DNA from: Minisyncoccota bacterium
Lineage (GTDB): Bacteria; Patescibacteriota; Minisyncoccia; Phycocordibacterales; UBA1550
Reading direction: 5' to 3'
Assembly: GCA_041660105.1 (NCBI GenBank)
Contig: JBAZWZ010000002.1
Location: forward strand, 57,964-121,963
Length of the DNA stretch: 64,000 bases
The notes under the pieces are model-generated. The model made no database searches, was not told the origin of the DNA, and was given only the letters and a program-made list of their open reading frames with translations. A program made the translations under genes and the position numbers. Positions 29,949-38,923 of the stretch are shown here, one piece after another. Each line of letters begins with the position of its first letter. Positions within the stretch are counted from its first letter, which is position 1.

Positions 29949-31010
29949 TTAAATCCTTACATACCTCGTTCCCCTGCCACGGCCGATACGCTTTACTTTT
30001 CCAAGCTCGACGAGACGCTCGAGGGATTTTCTTACGGTCGCGGTAACCATACCAGTTGCACTCGCAATTTCCGCAGGGCTCGCCTCGTGGACTGACGCAA
30101 AGAATTGTAGAACCTCGCTTTGTTTTGGTGATAGGCCTTCCTCGTGTTCCCTTTCCACAAGCGCTAGCGCTCTCACTGCCTGTTCCTTTACGATAGACAA
30201 AAAGAAATTAAGCCAAGGCACGATTGAACTATTTTCCGTCTTAAATGTTTTCTGTGCTTCACGCAGAGCAAGATAGTATTCATCTTTACGTTTCTCGACG
30301 AGTTGCTCGTGCGAGACGTATTGCACAAATGTATAACCAGAGCGAAGGAGAAGCATATTGGTGAGCACACGTGAAAGGCGCCCATTACCATCTTCAAATG
30401 GGTGAATCTTCAAAAACTCTATAAGGAAATTTGCAATAATGAGGAGTGGATGAAAGCGCTTCTTCTCAAGAGCTTCATGTGTCCACAGGACGAGCTCGGT
30501 CATTTCTGCGGGTGTCTGCCATGCGGGGGTTGTTTCGAACACAATACGTACGACTTTGCCGTCTTCGCCGAGCACTCCAACTACATTTTCTTTCTTTTTG
30601 TATTCACCCCTGTGTAGGTCGTCTTTGGTTGAATATTTGAGAAGTTCTTTGTGAAGCGATTGAATAGTACTTTCACGAAGTGCCAGTGTTTGAAAACTAT
30701 CAAAAACATTTTGCAGTGTTTCGAGGTAGCCTTGTACTTCCTGGGAATCGCGGTCTGCGAATTTAGTAATTGAAAGCCCCTGCATTATCTTTTTCACTTC
30801 CTCGTCAGAAAGTTTTGATCCTTCGATACGAGTCGATGCACCTGCTGATGTCACGAGAACCGACTTTCGAAGATTGGTAATTGCCTGTGGCGTCATACGA
30901 ACACCAACACGGAAAACACCACGGGCCTCGTCTATCGCTGCCAAAAGAGCCACAATATGAGGCTCGGGGGTGTTTATTCGGTGGTCAAATTTTCGTGCGT
31001 TATCGTCCAT
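29949..31010 (-). CDS. Fic family protein with C-terminal winged HTH
   Basis: HPFEDGNGRLSR motif; STRIEG. Confidence 0.93.
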   Translation of the reverse strand: MDDNARKFDHRINTPEPHIVALLAAIDEARGVFRVGVRMTPQAITNLRKSVLVTSAGASTRIEGSKLSDEEVKKIMQGLSITKFADRDSQEVQGYLETLQNVFDSFQTLALRESTIQSLHKELLKYSTKDDLHRGEYKKKENVVGVLGEDGKVVRIVFETTPAWQTPAEMTELVLWTHEALEKKRFHPLLIIANFLIEFLKIHPFEDGNGRLSRVLTNMLLLRSGYTFVQYVSHEQLVEKRKDEYYLALREAQKTFKTENSSIVPWLNFFLSIVKEQAVRALALVEREHEEGLSPKQSEVLQFFASVHEASPAEIASATGMVTATVRKSLERLVELGKVKRIGRGRGTRYVRI

Positions 31011-31064
31011 ATTTAGTGATACTATCTAACATATGAGATTTTATCACATTTTATTAGATAAAGC

Positions 31065-31148
31065 AAAGAGTGGATTGTCGAAGACAATCCACTCTTTCTT
31101 AATTTTGTCTCTACCAATAGAGTTTGAAAATCAAAGGTACCTGACCGC
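31065..31148. repeat. Island repeat B2
   Basis: Hairpin AAAGAGTGGATTGTC-GAA-GACAATCCACTCTTT plus tail shared with B1. Confidence 0.92.
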
Positions 31149-31154
31149 AATATT

Positions 31155-31203
31155 CTAGGTATCTACTCATACGGACGATAGTACTGTATAAGTAGATACC
31201 TGG
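31155..31203. repeat. REP-like palindrome with ACGATAGTA apex
   Basis: CTAGGTATCTACT...ACGATAGTA...AGTAGATACCTGG. Confidence 0.75.
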
Positions 31204-31253
31204 TGCACAAAGCTGGATTTCCTTCACTTTTTTCCGTAGTTCCCTAGTATATA

Positions 31254-31289
31254 CAAAATTTTAGAGATGTGGATTTCAAAAGGGTGCCC
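31254..31289. repeat. Island repeat C1
   Basis: CAAAATTTTAGAGATGTGGATTTCAAAAGGGTGCCC; 33/36 to 32094-32129. Confidence 0.9.
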
Positions 31290-31347
31290 AATCCCCTTTC
31301 TTCGAGTTCTGGTAACCGAGGAGCTTTAAGAGTACACTTCCTAATAT

Positions 31348-32070
31348 ATGGCAGGAAGAAAAGAAAAATCTGTTTCTGGTTCAGACCTAGCACATCCTCA
31401 TGATGTCGGTGTTACTGTGACATTTAATCAGATAGTCATTCATCCAACTTACGGCACAATACTGCTACCTGTTTATGATCACACAGACTTTTACTTTAAG
31501 TCTGCCGAATCTGCTCTGATCGAAGCCAAAAAATATCATGAAAAAATACTATCCAGCCCCGTTAATAAATCAAATTGTCGAGTCGTTTATTCAGAAAGTA
31601 CAGACTTGCCTGCATTTTTTATGTTTTCACAAAATGTCGTTATATATTCATATTTAGCTCTTGAGTACTTTGCTATAAGTTGTGCTCAATCAGTTAATAA
31701 GGTTAAGGAGTGGGAAAAGAGAAGACTAGACCAAAAATTAAAATATCTTATACAACAGGAACTTGGTATCCCTCATCTTTCTCCTGATCTTTGTAGTGCG
31801 TTTGGTGAACTTGAAAATAGAAGACACTCTTTGAACCATCCGACTATAAAGAACATAACTAATGGTCACCCTACAGAATGGGATTCTGCACATCTTGCCT
31901 GGTTAATGGTTGGGAACTATGAAAAAGTATATTTATCTGCTAAGAAAATTTATGAGGAAATTCGTAAACCTCTAATAGAATACAATAAGAAAAAACCTCA
32001 GGGTGAAGTTACTCTCACTGGAGTTAAAAGAGGTATTAAGTTTGAAAACCCAGCCAAGAAATCTTTATGA
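31348..32070 (+). CDS. Hypothetical protein, possible HEPN-like RNase
   Basis: AT-rich; YSYLALE helix and R-x4-H motif (RHSLNH). Confidence 0.6.
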   Translation: MAGRKEKSVSGSDLAHPHDVGVTVTFNQIVIHPTYGTILLPVYDHTDFYFKSAESALIEAKKYHEKILSSPVNKSNCRVVYSESTDLPAFFMFSQNVVIYSYLALEYFAISCAQSVNKVKEWEKRRLDQKLKYLIQQELGIPHLSPDLCSAFGELENRRHSLNHPTIKNITNGHPTEWDSAHLAWLMVGNYEKVYLSAKKIYEEIRKPLIEYNKKKPQGEVTLTGVKRGIKFENPAKKSL

Positions 32071-32093
32071 AACAATGGTGTTACCACTTCACG

Positions 32094-32129
32094 CAAAATT
32101 TTAGAGATGTAAATTTCAAAAGGGTACCC
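32094..32129. repeat. Island repeat C2
   Basis: CAAAATTTTAGAGATGTAAATTTCAAAAGGGTACCC. Confidence 0.9.
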
Positions 32130-32141
32130 CCTTTATCAAAC

Positions 32142-33518
32142 CTATTCACAAAAATATGACCCACCAGAAGTCTCAAGCTCCTTTTCTTTTGAGACTGTTA
32201 TTACTATTAAATCTTTCGCTAATTTAGTGTATTTTTCCTCTTCCTCCTGTAACGATTTTAAATAGATATCTGAAGCACTGGACTCCAAACCCTCCACGAA
32301 TTTAAGTGTACTTTCTGCTTCTTTTATTCTATAACCAATTGCTTCCTTTCGTAATTTTACGACATCACTCATGACACCAGCAATAGATGAGGGTATATTA
32401 TTTGGTATGAGACTAGGCAGACTATCAAATGTTTTGCTTGCTATCTTAAAATTAGTAAGTGCATTTTCTAGGTCAGTATGTGCACCATCAATATCAATGT
32501 CTCCTATCTTCTTATACACGAAAAGTCCATTTATTATTCCTTTATTCATGCTGTCTGAACCCCTGCTCAAGGTTGAAATAAAAGACAGATAATTTTGTTT
32601 TTGATTCTCGGTATAAGTACAACTGCTCGAATACGCCGTCGTCGAACCTGGGAGGATCGTATTTTTGCCTTGTTTCAAATACGGGAGCCATGTTTTTACG
32701 ATATCAACCGGAATAGCAAATTTGATTGTTTCTCCCAAAATGACACCCTCAATCTGTTTGCTACTATAAATTGCAGTATTAATACCTACCACCTGACCAT
32801 AACGGTTTATTAAAGGTCCACCACTATTCCCTGGGTGAATTTCAGCAGAAGTTTCAAGGTAATTTTCAATTCGTCGTGAAATCGTCCCTTCCTTGAAACT
32901 CACATCTCCTTCAAGTCCAAATGGAAATCCGAAAGTAAAAACATTTTCTCCTTGAGGAAGCGACTCTTCATCAGAATTTCCAAATTTAATTATCGACAAA
33001 CCATTTTTATTTACTTTCAATAGAGCCAGATCATGAAGTTCATCCCTGCCAACAACAGTTGCTAAGGCGTAATCACTATTACTAAAAGTAACATCAGCTC
33101 TGTTGACCCCACTAATAACATGGGCGTTCGTTAAAATATATCCATTGGGCTCTATTACAAAACCACTACCACTTCCTTCAGATGTTTTTATGTAAACTAC
33201 CGCAGGCTTTACCTTTTTAATTAAATCCGTATTACCCAAAACACCAGTTGACGTTGTAGTAACTTCTTTTTTTACGGAAGGAGCATTCGTATTAGATGAA
33301 TGTTGCCCCTTTTTAAGTTCATCAACTTCTTGGCGTAGTTTTTCAATTTCCGAAAGTTGGGGGGTTGTGCTCGCTTGCTTGTCGCTCTTGGAAGGATTTT
33401 CTGCTTGGTGGATTTGATATTGTACTACTCCAAAATATCCGCCACCCCCTAAAACCAAAACGCTCGCAACAGCCACGAGAAGTATTGGTATTGGGATAAA
33501 TCCTCCTTGATTTTTCAT
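32142..33518 (-). CDS. Trypsin-like (S1C) serine protease with prepilin-like membrane anchor and helical C-terminus
   Basis: MKNQGGF + hydrophobic segment; TNAHV, DLALL, GNSGGPL; no PDZ recognised. Confidence 0.9.
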   Translation of the reverse strand: MKNQGGFIPIPILLVAVASVLVLGGGGYFGVVQYQIHQAENPSKSDKQASTTPQLSEIEKLRQEVDELKKGQHSSNTNAPSVKKEVTTTSTGVLGNTDLIKKVKPAVVYIKTSEGSGSGFVIEPNGYILTNAHVISGVNRADVTFSNSDYALATVVGRDELHDLALLKVNKNGLSIIKFGNSDEESLPQGENVFTFGFPFGLEGDVSFKEGTISRRIENYLETSAEIHPGNSGGPLINRYGQVVGINTAIYSSKQIEGVILGETIKFAIPVDIVKTWLPYLKQGKNTILPGSTTAYSSSCTYTENQKQNYLSFISTLSRGSDSMNKGIINGLFVYKKIGDIDIDGAHTDLENALTNFKIASKTFDSLPSLIPNNIPSSIAGVMSDVVKLRKEAIGYRIKEAESTLKFVEGLESSASDIYLKSLQEEEEKYTKLAKDLIVITVSKEKELETSGGSYFCE

Positions 33519-33544
33519 TTAAATTATTATCCCACAAATACACA

Positions 33545-33634
33545 TTAAAAGAAAGAATTGGACTGACTGCTGAAGACAGTCCGTCCAGTTCCTTCTTTTA
33601 TCATTATCCAATTGTGTATAGAAATTATAGGCAC
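33545..33634 (-). CDS. Possible 29-aa peptide running through a hairpin
   Basis: TAAGGAGGT-6 nt-GTG; MPIISIHNWIMIKEGTGRTVFSSQSNSFF. Confidence 0.35.
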   Translation of the reverse strand: MPIISIHNWIMIKEGTGRTVFSSQSNSFF

Positions 33635-33709
33635 TTGTACACCTCCTTAATTTACTTTTGTAGTAATATACTATGGTAAATTACTACAAAAAAGAATAGA
33701 CTTTAGATT

Positions 33710-34540
33710 ATGGACCCAAATACCTATAAATTTCTCTACGACTGGCAGCAATTAATCGGTGCGTTTCTTGGACCATTTCTTGCAATTATTTTTTCTTCAT
33801 TAAGTTTTTATATTACGTGGTTAATTGGGAAATGGAGAAGATACAGAGAAACATTTCGAAAAATTGAGGTTCACACTACATACGCAATGAATAGCACGGT
33901 CTCAATGCAGGATAAACTTACAAGCTTTGTTAATCAAGCAAAAAAACTAGTAGCTGACATCAGGGGGATAACTAATCCAAATGAATTTGCTCTTCATACC
34001 ATTAATTTCCCCGCATTGGGTGAAATCCACCTTTTTTCAGAGGCGCCAGATATTGGAGTTAGAAGTTACTTTTTACACAACAAGCTTCTCTGGGCGCACT
34101 CAAGCACAAAAGATCTTAATTCAATACTGGGAACATTTTCAGACGGTTGGTCTCATATAATTAATTTAAATAATCGCCTCATCGACCTTACAAAAGACAC
34201 ACCAAATCCAACATTTCAAAGAGGACAATATGCAGAAAATATAGAAATTTTTTGTAAAGAAATTGAGAGGTTTTCTAATGATGACTTATCAAAAAACTTG
34301 ATAACACTTTCTCAAATAAAAATATACAACGAGATGCTGAGGCAGTCATATTTTGTCGGTAGCTATAATTTATGGAAGAATGAAGGCCTGAGTTTCAAGT
34401 ATTTTCGTACTTACTCAGAACATAAAGCATTTTCAAGAAACCTCGAAAGTATTGAAAGGATTGAGGGAATCATCCAAGACGAAACTACTAAACTTTTATC
34501 GGAAATTGAAGAAAGGCACAAAAAAATCAACAATATATAA
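33710..34540 (+). CDS. Hypothetical protein with N-terminal TM
   Basis: 276-aa AT-rich ORF; 12-bp inverted repeat upstream (33656-33691). Confidence 0.75.
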   Translation: MDPNTYKFLYDWQQLIGAFLGPFLAIIFSSLSFYITWLIGKWRRYRETFRKIEVHTTYAMNSTVSMQDKLTSFVNQAKKLVADIRGITNPNEFALHTINFPALGEIHLFSEAPDIGVRSYFLHNKLLWAHSSTKDLNSILGTFSDGWSHIINLNNRLIDLTKDTPNPTFQRGQYAENIEIFCKEIERFSNDDLSKNLITLSQIKIYNEMLRQSYFVGSYNLWKNEGLSFKYFRTYSEHKAFSRNLESIERIEGIIQDETTKLLSEIEERHKKINNI

Positions 34541-34625
34541 AACATAGAACTGCAACCAGCAACCCTGCATTTTTTTAAATCTCCAAAAAACGTTCAAATA
34601 TTGAGATGCTTACGCTCTAAGGTTT

Positions 34626-34728
34626 ATCTCGAGATGAATACGAGGCACGGAAAAAGCGCCCGCGGAAGGTGTACAAGTAGTACTCCGACCAAGGGCGCTT
34701 TTTTCGTAACGAAGTAGTCGCTCGAGAT
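34626..34728. repeat. ~100-nt imperfect palindrome abutting the rpsI stop
   Basis: ATCTCGAG...AAAAAGCGCCC...GTAC-AAGTA-GTAC...GGGCGCTTTTT...CTCGAGAT. Confidence 0.8.
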
Positions 34729-35195
34729 TAACGCTTAGACCATTGTGGGGCCTTTCTAGCCTTCTTAAGCCCAAACTTCCTTCTCTCCTTCATTCTAGGA
34801 TCACGCTTGAGGAAGCCGAGCTTCTTGAGACGCTTGCGAGTCTCTTCGTCGTACTTCACGATTGCGCGTGAGAGTCCGTGGCGAAGTGCCTCTGCTTGTG
34901 AGTGGATACCACCTCCTACTACCTTTACGGTAACGATGAACTTGCCGGCTACCTTCGACTTCTCGAGAGCTTCTGCAACAATGTGCTGGAGCTCTGCTGT
35001 GGGGAAGTACTCAGTAACGGTCTTGTCGTTGATGGTTACACCCTCCTTGGTGCCCTCGGTAATACGTACACGAGCTGATGAAGTCTTACGACGACCAACT
35101 GCCTCGATGTAACGAGCGGCTGTCTTCACTACCTTTGGAGCCTTTACAGCTACACTTTCTTCTCCTACTGCTTTTGTTGTATCTTTGGTCGTCAT
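34728..35195 (-). CDS. rpsI: 30S ribosomal protein S9
   Basis: GRRKTSSARV, RDPRMKERRKFGLKKARKAPQWSKR. Confidence 0.98.
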   Translation of the reverse strand: MTTKDTTKAVGEESVAVKAPKVVKTAARYIEAVGRRKTSSARVRITEGTKEGVTINDKTVTEYFPTAELQHIVAEALEKSKVAGKFIVTVKVVGGGIHSQAEALRHGLSRAIVKYDEETRKRLKKLGFLKRDPRMKERRKFGLKKARKAPQWSKR

Positions 35196-35196
35196 A

Positions 35197-35544
35197 TTAT
35201 TCTGTAACTTTTAAATTCTTCATACGAGCCTTGTGAAGCTTGTTGCGAGGGATCATACGTGAAATTGCGCGAACGAAAACATCGCCGTAGCCCTTCTTCT
35301 CAATGGTGTACGCAACGGTACGCTCCTTGAGTCCTCCTGGAAAACCAGAGAACAACTTGTGGTGAACAGTCTTCATCTTTGAAGGAGCGATTGATGCCTT
35401 TGAGGCGTTTTCAATCTCAACCTCAACATCCGCAACCAAGTTGTTTTGGAATGCTGGTGAAGTCTTGCCCATAAGAATCATTGCAGCCTCTGTGGCTACA
35501 CGTCCTACGGATTTTCCTTTTGCGTCAATTTTGTGTGATGTCAT
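35197..35544 (-). CDS. rplM: 50S ribosomal protein L13 (short form)
   Basis: IDAKGKSVGRVAT...GK, SGFPGGLK. Confidence 0.93.
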   Translation of the reverse strand: MTSHKIDAKGKSVGRVATEAAMILMGKTSPAFQNNLVADVEVEIENASKASIAPSKMKTVHHKLFSGFPGGLKERTVAYTIEKKGYGDVFVRAISRMIPRNKLHKARMKNLKVTE

Positions 35545-35554
35545 ATTAGTAAAA

Positions 35555-35914
35555 TTAAACAAACTCAATTACAGCCATCTTTGATGCGTCTCCCTGACGA
35601 CGAGGAAGCTTCACGATGCGGGTGTAACCACCTGCACGCTCCTTGTAGCGAGGCGCTATCTCGTCAATGAGTTTCTTTGCACCCTCCTCTCCTGACACAC
35701 CACCAAGGCGTGCAATAATGAGACGGCGTGATGCAAGATCAGCTGCTCTTCCACGAGTCACAAGCTTCTCAACAAATGGGCGAATCTCCTTGGCGCGAGC
35801 CTCGGTAGTCTCCATATGCTCAGTCTTGATGAGCGAAAGTGCGAGCGAACGAAGGAGCGCGATGCGTCCTGCGTGGTCTCGTCCAAATTTTCGAATCGAC
35901 TTGTGATGTTTCAT
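35555..35914 (-). CDS. rplQ: 50S ribosomal protein L17
   Basis: TTEARAKE, RAGGYTRI. Confidence 0.97.
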   Translation of the reverse strand: MKHHKSIRKFGRDHAGRIALLRSLALSLIKTEHMETTEARAKEIRPFVEKLVTRGRAADLASRRLIIARLGGVSGEEGAKKLIDEIAPRYKERAGGYTRIVKLPRRQGDASKMAVIEFV

Positions 35915-35941
35915 AGTAGTAAAAGTAACCTAATAAATTAA

Positions 35942-36910
35942 TTATGCCTTGAGGGTGATGTCGTGTGCTCCGAGAGCGCGCTTGATCTCCTGAATACCCT
36001 TGTCGCCCAAACCATCGATCTCCAAGAGGTCTTCCTCGGTCTTGCGAGCGAGTCCACCAATGGTACGGATGTTTGCGTTTGAGAGAGCGTTGTTGGTACG
36101 TGTCGAGAGGTCGAGGTTTTCTACGCGAGTCTTCAAGAAGTCGTTGTCTGCAGCGTCCTTCTTTGCAGGCTTCTCTTCGCCAGTAATCTCAGCTTCTTCT
36201 GCCTCAACTTCTGCCTTCTCTACAAAGCCAATAACTGCCTTGAGCTGGTTGATCATAATCTCAATCGATGCCTCGAGAGCGCGACGTGGAGAAATGGTAC
36301 CGTCAGTCTCAATAGTGAGGCGGAGACGGTTGTAGTCAGTACGATCACCAACGCGCATATTGTCTACTTCGTAGTTAACACGGCGAATAGGGGTGAAGAT
36401 CGCATCGAGCGCAATGGTGCCGATATCTACCTTCTCCTTCTGGTGAATCTCCTTTGATACGTAACCAAAGCCCTTTGCAACTACAATCTCAATGTTGAGC
36501 GTTGCGCTCTTGTCGGTCAATGTCGCGATGTGCAACTCTTTGTTCAAAACCTCAACTTGGCCAGACACGGTGATGTCACCTGCGGTAACATCCTTTACTC
36601 CCTTCACAGAGAGCGTCACGGTCTGTGACTCCATAGTTGATAGCTTGAAACGAGCCTTCTTCAAATTGAGAAGAATCGTGATGACATCTTCCTTCACACC
36701 GGGAATCGTTGAAAACTCGTGTGATGCACCTTCAATCTTCACCGTCGTGATGGCTGCGCCAAAAAGCGATGAAAGAATAATACGGCGAAGTGAGTTGCCG
36801 AGTGTGTGGCCGTACCCAGGGTAAAGACTTTCAATTTCGTAACTTCCCTTAAAACCGTCCTCTGAGAGAACTTTTGGCTTTGATGGCAATGTGATGTTGT
36901 AGTCGAGCAT
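35942..36910 (-). CDS. rpoA: RNA polymerase alpha subunit
   Basis: GYGHTLGNSLRRIIL, HEFSTIPGVKED, alpha-CTD. Confidence 0.98.
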   Translation of the reverse strand: MLDYNITLPSKPKVLSEDGFKGSYEIESLYPGYGHTLGNSLRRIILSSLFGAAITTVKIEGASHEFSTIPGVKEDVITILLNLKKARFKLSTMESQTVTLSVKGVKDVTAGDITVSGQVEVLNKELHIATLTDKSATLNIEIVVAKGFGYVSKEIHQKEKVDIGTIALDAIFTPIRRVNYEVDNMRVGDRTDYNRLRLTIETDGTISPRRALEASIEIMINQLKAVIGFVEKAEVEAEEAEITGEEKPAKKDAADNDFLKTRVENLDLSTRTNNALSNANIRTIGGLARKTEEDLLEIDGLGDKGIQEIKRALGAHDITLKA

Positions 36911-36976
36911 TGTGTTGTGGGTTAGATTAGGAGGAAACTTAGTTTAAAATTTGATAAATCAAACGGGATTCAGTGA

Positions 36977-37588
36977 TTAACGGCTGTAGAACTCAATAAC
37001 CGAAGTGAGATTGAATGACAACTCAGCTTGACCTGCCTTTGGCTTACCTTGGAAGGTTGCCGTGAGCTTGTCCGCGTCCACCTTGAACCAAGATGGTGCA
37101 GTGAGTGTCTTCATCTTCTCGCTCAATCCTTCAAAAAGTTTCGTGTTCATACTTCCTGGGCGAATAGCAATGACGTCGCCTACTTTCATACGGCGAGATG
37201 CGATGTTGCTACGGCGACCATTTACCATAATGTGTCCGTGGGATACAATCTGGCGTGAAAGCGCACGTGATGTTACAAAACCTGCACGAAATACTGCATT
37301 ATCCAAACGTGATTCGAGAGCTTCAAAAAGGAACTCTGCGGGATTGACTCCACGCTTTGCTGAAGCCTCTTTTACATAATTCGAAAACTGCGTTTCGCTC
37401 ACGCCGTACGTGTGACGAACCTTCTGCTTCTCACGAAGCTGACGGCCGTAGTCGGTTACGGTTGAACGGTGTTTCTTTTCAGAAATCAACTTTCCCGGTG
37501 GGTACGGACGCTTCTTAAAAGCGCACTTCTCACGTCCGCAAATGCTCTCTCCGAGACGACGACAAATTTTACATGTAACTCTGCTCAT
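36977..37588 (-). CDS. rpsD: 30S ribosomal protein S4
   Basis: CKICRR, LREKQK, LESRLDN, IEFYSR. Confidence 0.97.
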   Translation of the reverse strand: MSRVTCKICRRLGESICGREKCAFKKRPYPPGKLISEKKHRSTVTDYGRQLREKQKVRHTYGVSETQFSNYVKEASAKRGVNPAEFLFEALESRLDNAVFRAGFVTSRALSRQIVSHGHIMVNGRRSNIASRRMKVGDVIAIRPGSMNTKLFEGLSEKMKTLTAPSWFKVDADKLTATFQGKPKAGQAELSFNLTSVIEFYSR

Positions 37589-37611
37589 ATGTTAATAATT
37601 AATTGGATGGT

Positions 37612-38046
37612 TTAAATTCTTCGTGGCTTCTTTGGCTTTGGTCCGTTGTGAGGAACCGGTGTGACGTCGCGGATTGATGAGATGTCAATACCCTTTGAGT
37701 TGACCGCGCGGATAGAGCTCTCACGTCCTGCTCCAACGCCCTTTACGACAACGTCAACTGACTTCATACCGATCATTGCTGCCTTTTCTCCAACGAGCTC
37801 ACCTACCTTTGCGGCTGCAAATGGAGTCCCCTTCTTTGCGCCCTTGAAACCAAGAGAACCAGATGATGACCATACGAGTGCGTTGCCTGCCTTGTCCGCG
37901 AGGAGCACCTTGGTGTTGTTGTATGTTGACTGAACATAGAGAACGCCTTCAACGTGCTTCTTCTTTGCGGTACGAGCAAGAGCGCGAGATACCAATCCCT
38001 GATCAACACTCTGTCCTTCTTTTTTAATAATTCGTTTTTTGCCCAT
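37612..38046 (-). CDS. rpsK: 30S ribosomal protein S11
   Basis: STYNNT, GFKGAKKGTPFAA, DVTPVPHNG. Confidence 0.98.
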   Translation of the reverse strand: MGKKRIIKKEGQSVDQGLVSRALARTAKKKHVEGVLYVQSTYNNTKVLLADKAGNALVWSSSGSLGFKGAKKGTPFAAAKVGELVGEKAAMIGMKSVDVVVKGVGAGRESSIRAVNSKGIDISSIRDVTPVPHNGPKPKKPRRI

Positions 38047-38080
38047 AATAGTAGTCTTGTTGGTGATTGATTATTGCGCT

Positions 38081-38461
38081 TTACTTCTTGTCTGCCTTAC
38101 GTCTTCCTGAACCCATCGTTGTGCGCTTGTTGCCGCGTACGGTGCGAGAGTTGGTCTTTGTGCGCTGTCCACGAACGGGAAGCTTCTTTGCATGACGTGA
38201 ACCGCGGTATGATTTGATTTCTTTCAAACGCTTTACGTTGGTTGAAATCTCACGCTTGAGGTCTCCTTCGAGAGTGAGGCCTTCGACAACTTTACGAATC
38301 TTTGCCTCATCATCTGGGGTCAAATCCTTCGCGCGCTTGCCGTGATCAAGTCCTACAGCGTCGAGAAGCTCCTTCGCGCGGGGACGGCCGATGCCGTATA
38401 CCGCTGTGAGGCTGATCTCTAATCTCTTATCGTCTGGTATTGTAACTCCTAGGATTCGCAT
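38081..38461 (-). CDS. rpsM: 30S ribosomal protein S13
   Basis: YGIG, YRGSRH..LPVRGQRTKTN. Confidence 0.98.
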   Translation of the reverse strand: MRILGVTIPDDKRLEISLTAVYGIGRPRAKELLDAVGLDHGKRAKDLTPDDEAKIRKVVEGLTLEGDLKREISTNVKRLKEIKSYRGSRHAKKLPVRGQRTKTNSRTVRGNKRTTMGSGRRKADKK

Positions 38462-38491
38462 AATTTAATATCTTAAAATGTTTTAGCTCTA

Positions 38492-38605
38492 TTAGCCCTG
38501 GCGCTGCTTGTGGCGAGGGTTCTCGCAGATAACACGAATACGGTCACCTCGTTTGACCGTCTTGCATTTCACGCAGATTTTTTTTACTGATGCTCGTACT
38601 TTCAT
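38492..38605 (-). CDS. rpmJ: 50S ribosomal protein L36 (below ORF-track cutoff)
   Basis: Manual translation [37 protein letters not shown]. Confidence 0.97.
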   Translation of the reverse strand: MKVRASVKKICVKCKTVKRGDRIRVICENPRHKQRQG

Positions 38606-38692
38606 ATAATCATAAACTGGTTTACAGCGGATTGGTTTATACGGGTTTAACTGAACAAACCCCAAACTAGCTGATTCAAAAACAGTGAGAGT

Positions 38693-38721
38693 ATTCTATC
38701 TCATTTCGAAATAAAATGCAA
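38693..38721 (-). promoter_or_regulatory. Promoter of the rpmJ-rpsM...rpsI operon
   Basis: TTGCAT-17 nt-TAGAAT with ~80-nt leader. Confidence 0.65.
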
Positions 38722-38741
38722 GGGCTTTGCCTCGCAAAGCC

Positions 38742-38921
38742 CACAACTGACAGCTAACACCGCTTACGCGGACATCTGACCGCTGATTTTCGCTTCGCGA
38801 AAATCAGCGGTAATGGTCAATTATCACACGTTTTTTGTCAAATGTTCCCCAAAATCCCCCGTGCCACTATCTAATAATCTATCCCCTGTCAGTTGTTATA
38901 TGTCAGTGGTCAGTTGTTCCC
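38742..38921. repeat. Heptamer repeats plus hairpin between infA and rpmJ
   Basis: TGTCAGT/GGTCAGT units; CCGCTGATTTTCGC-TTC-GCGAAAATCAGCGG. Confidence 0.7.
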
Positions 38922-38923
38922 CT

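Noticed and set aside
29811-32129. CRISPR array or classical integron attC sites
   Set aside because: Repeats come in pairs separated by whole genes, not regular short spacers. No cas or intI gene and no attC core sites were recognised.
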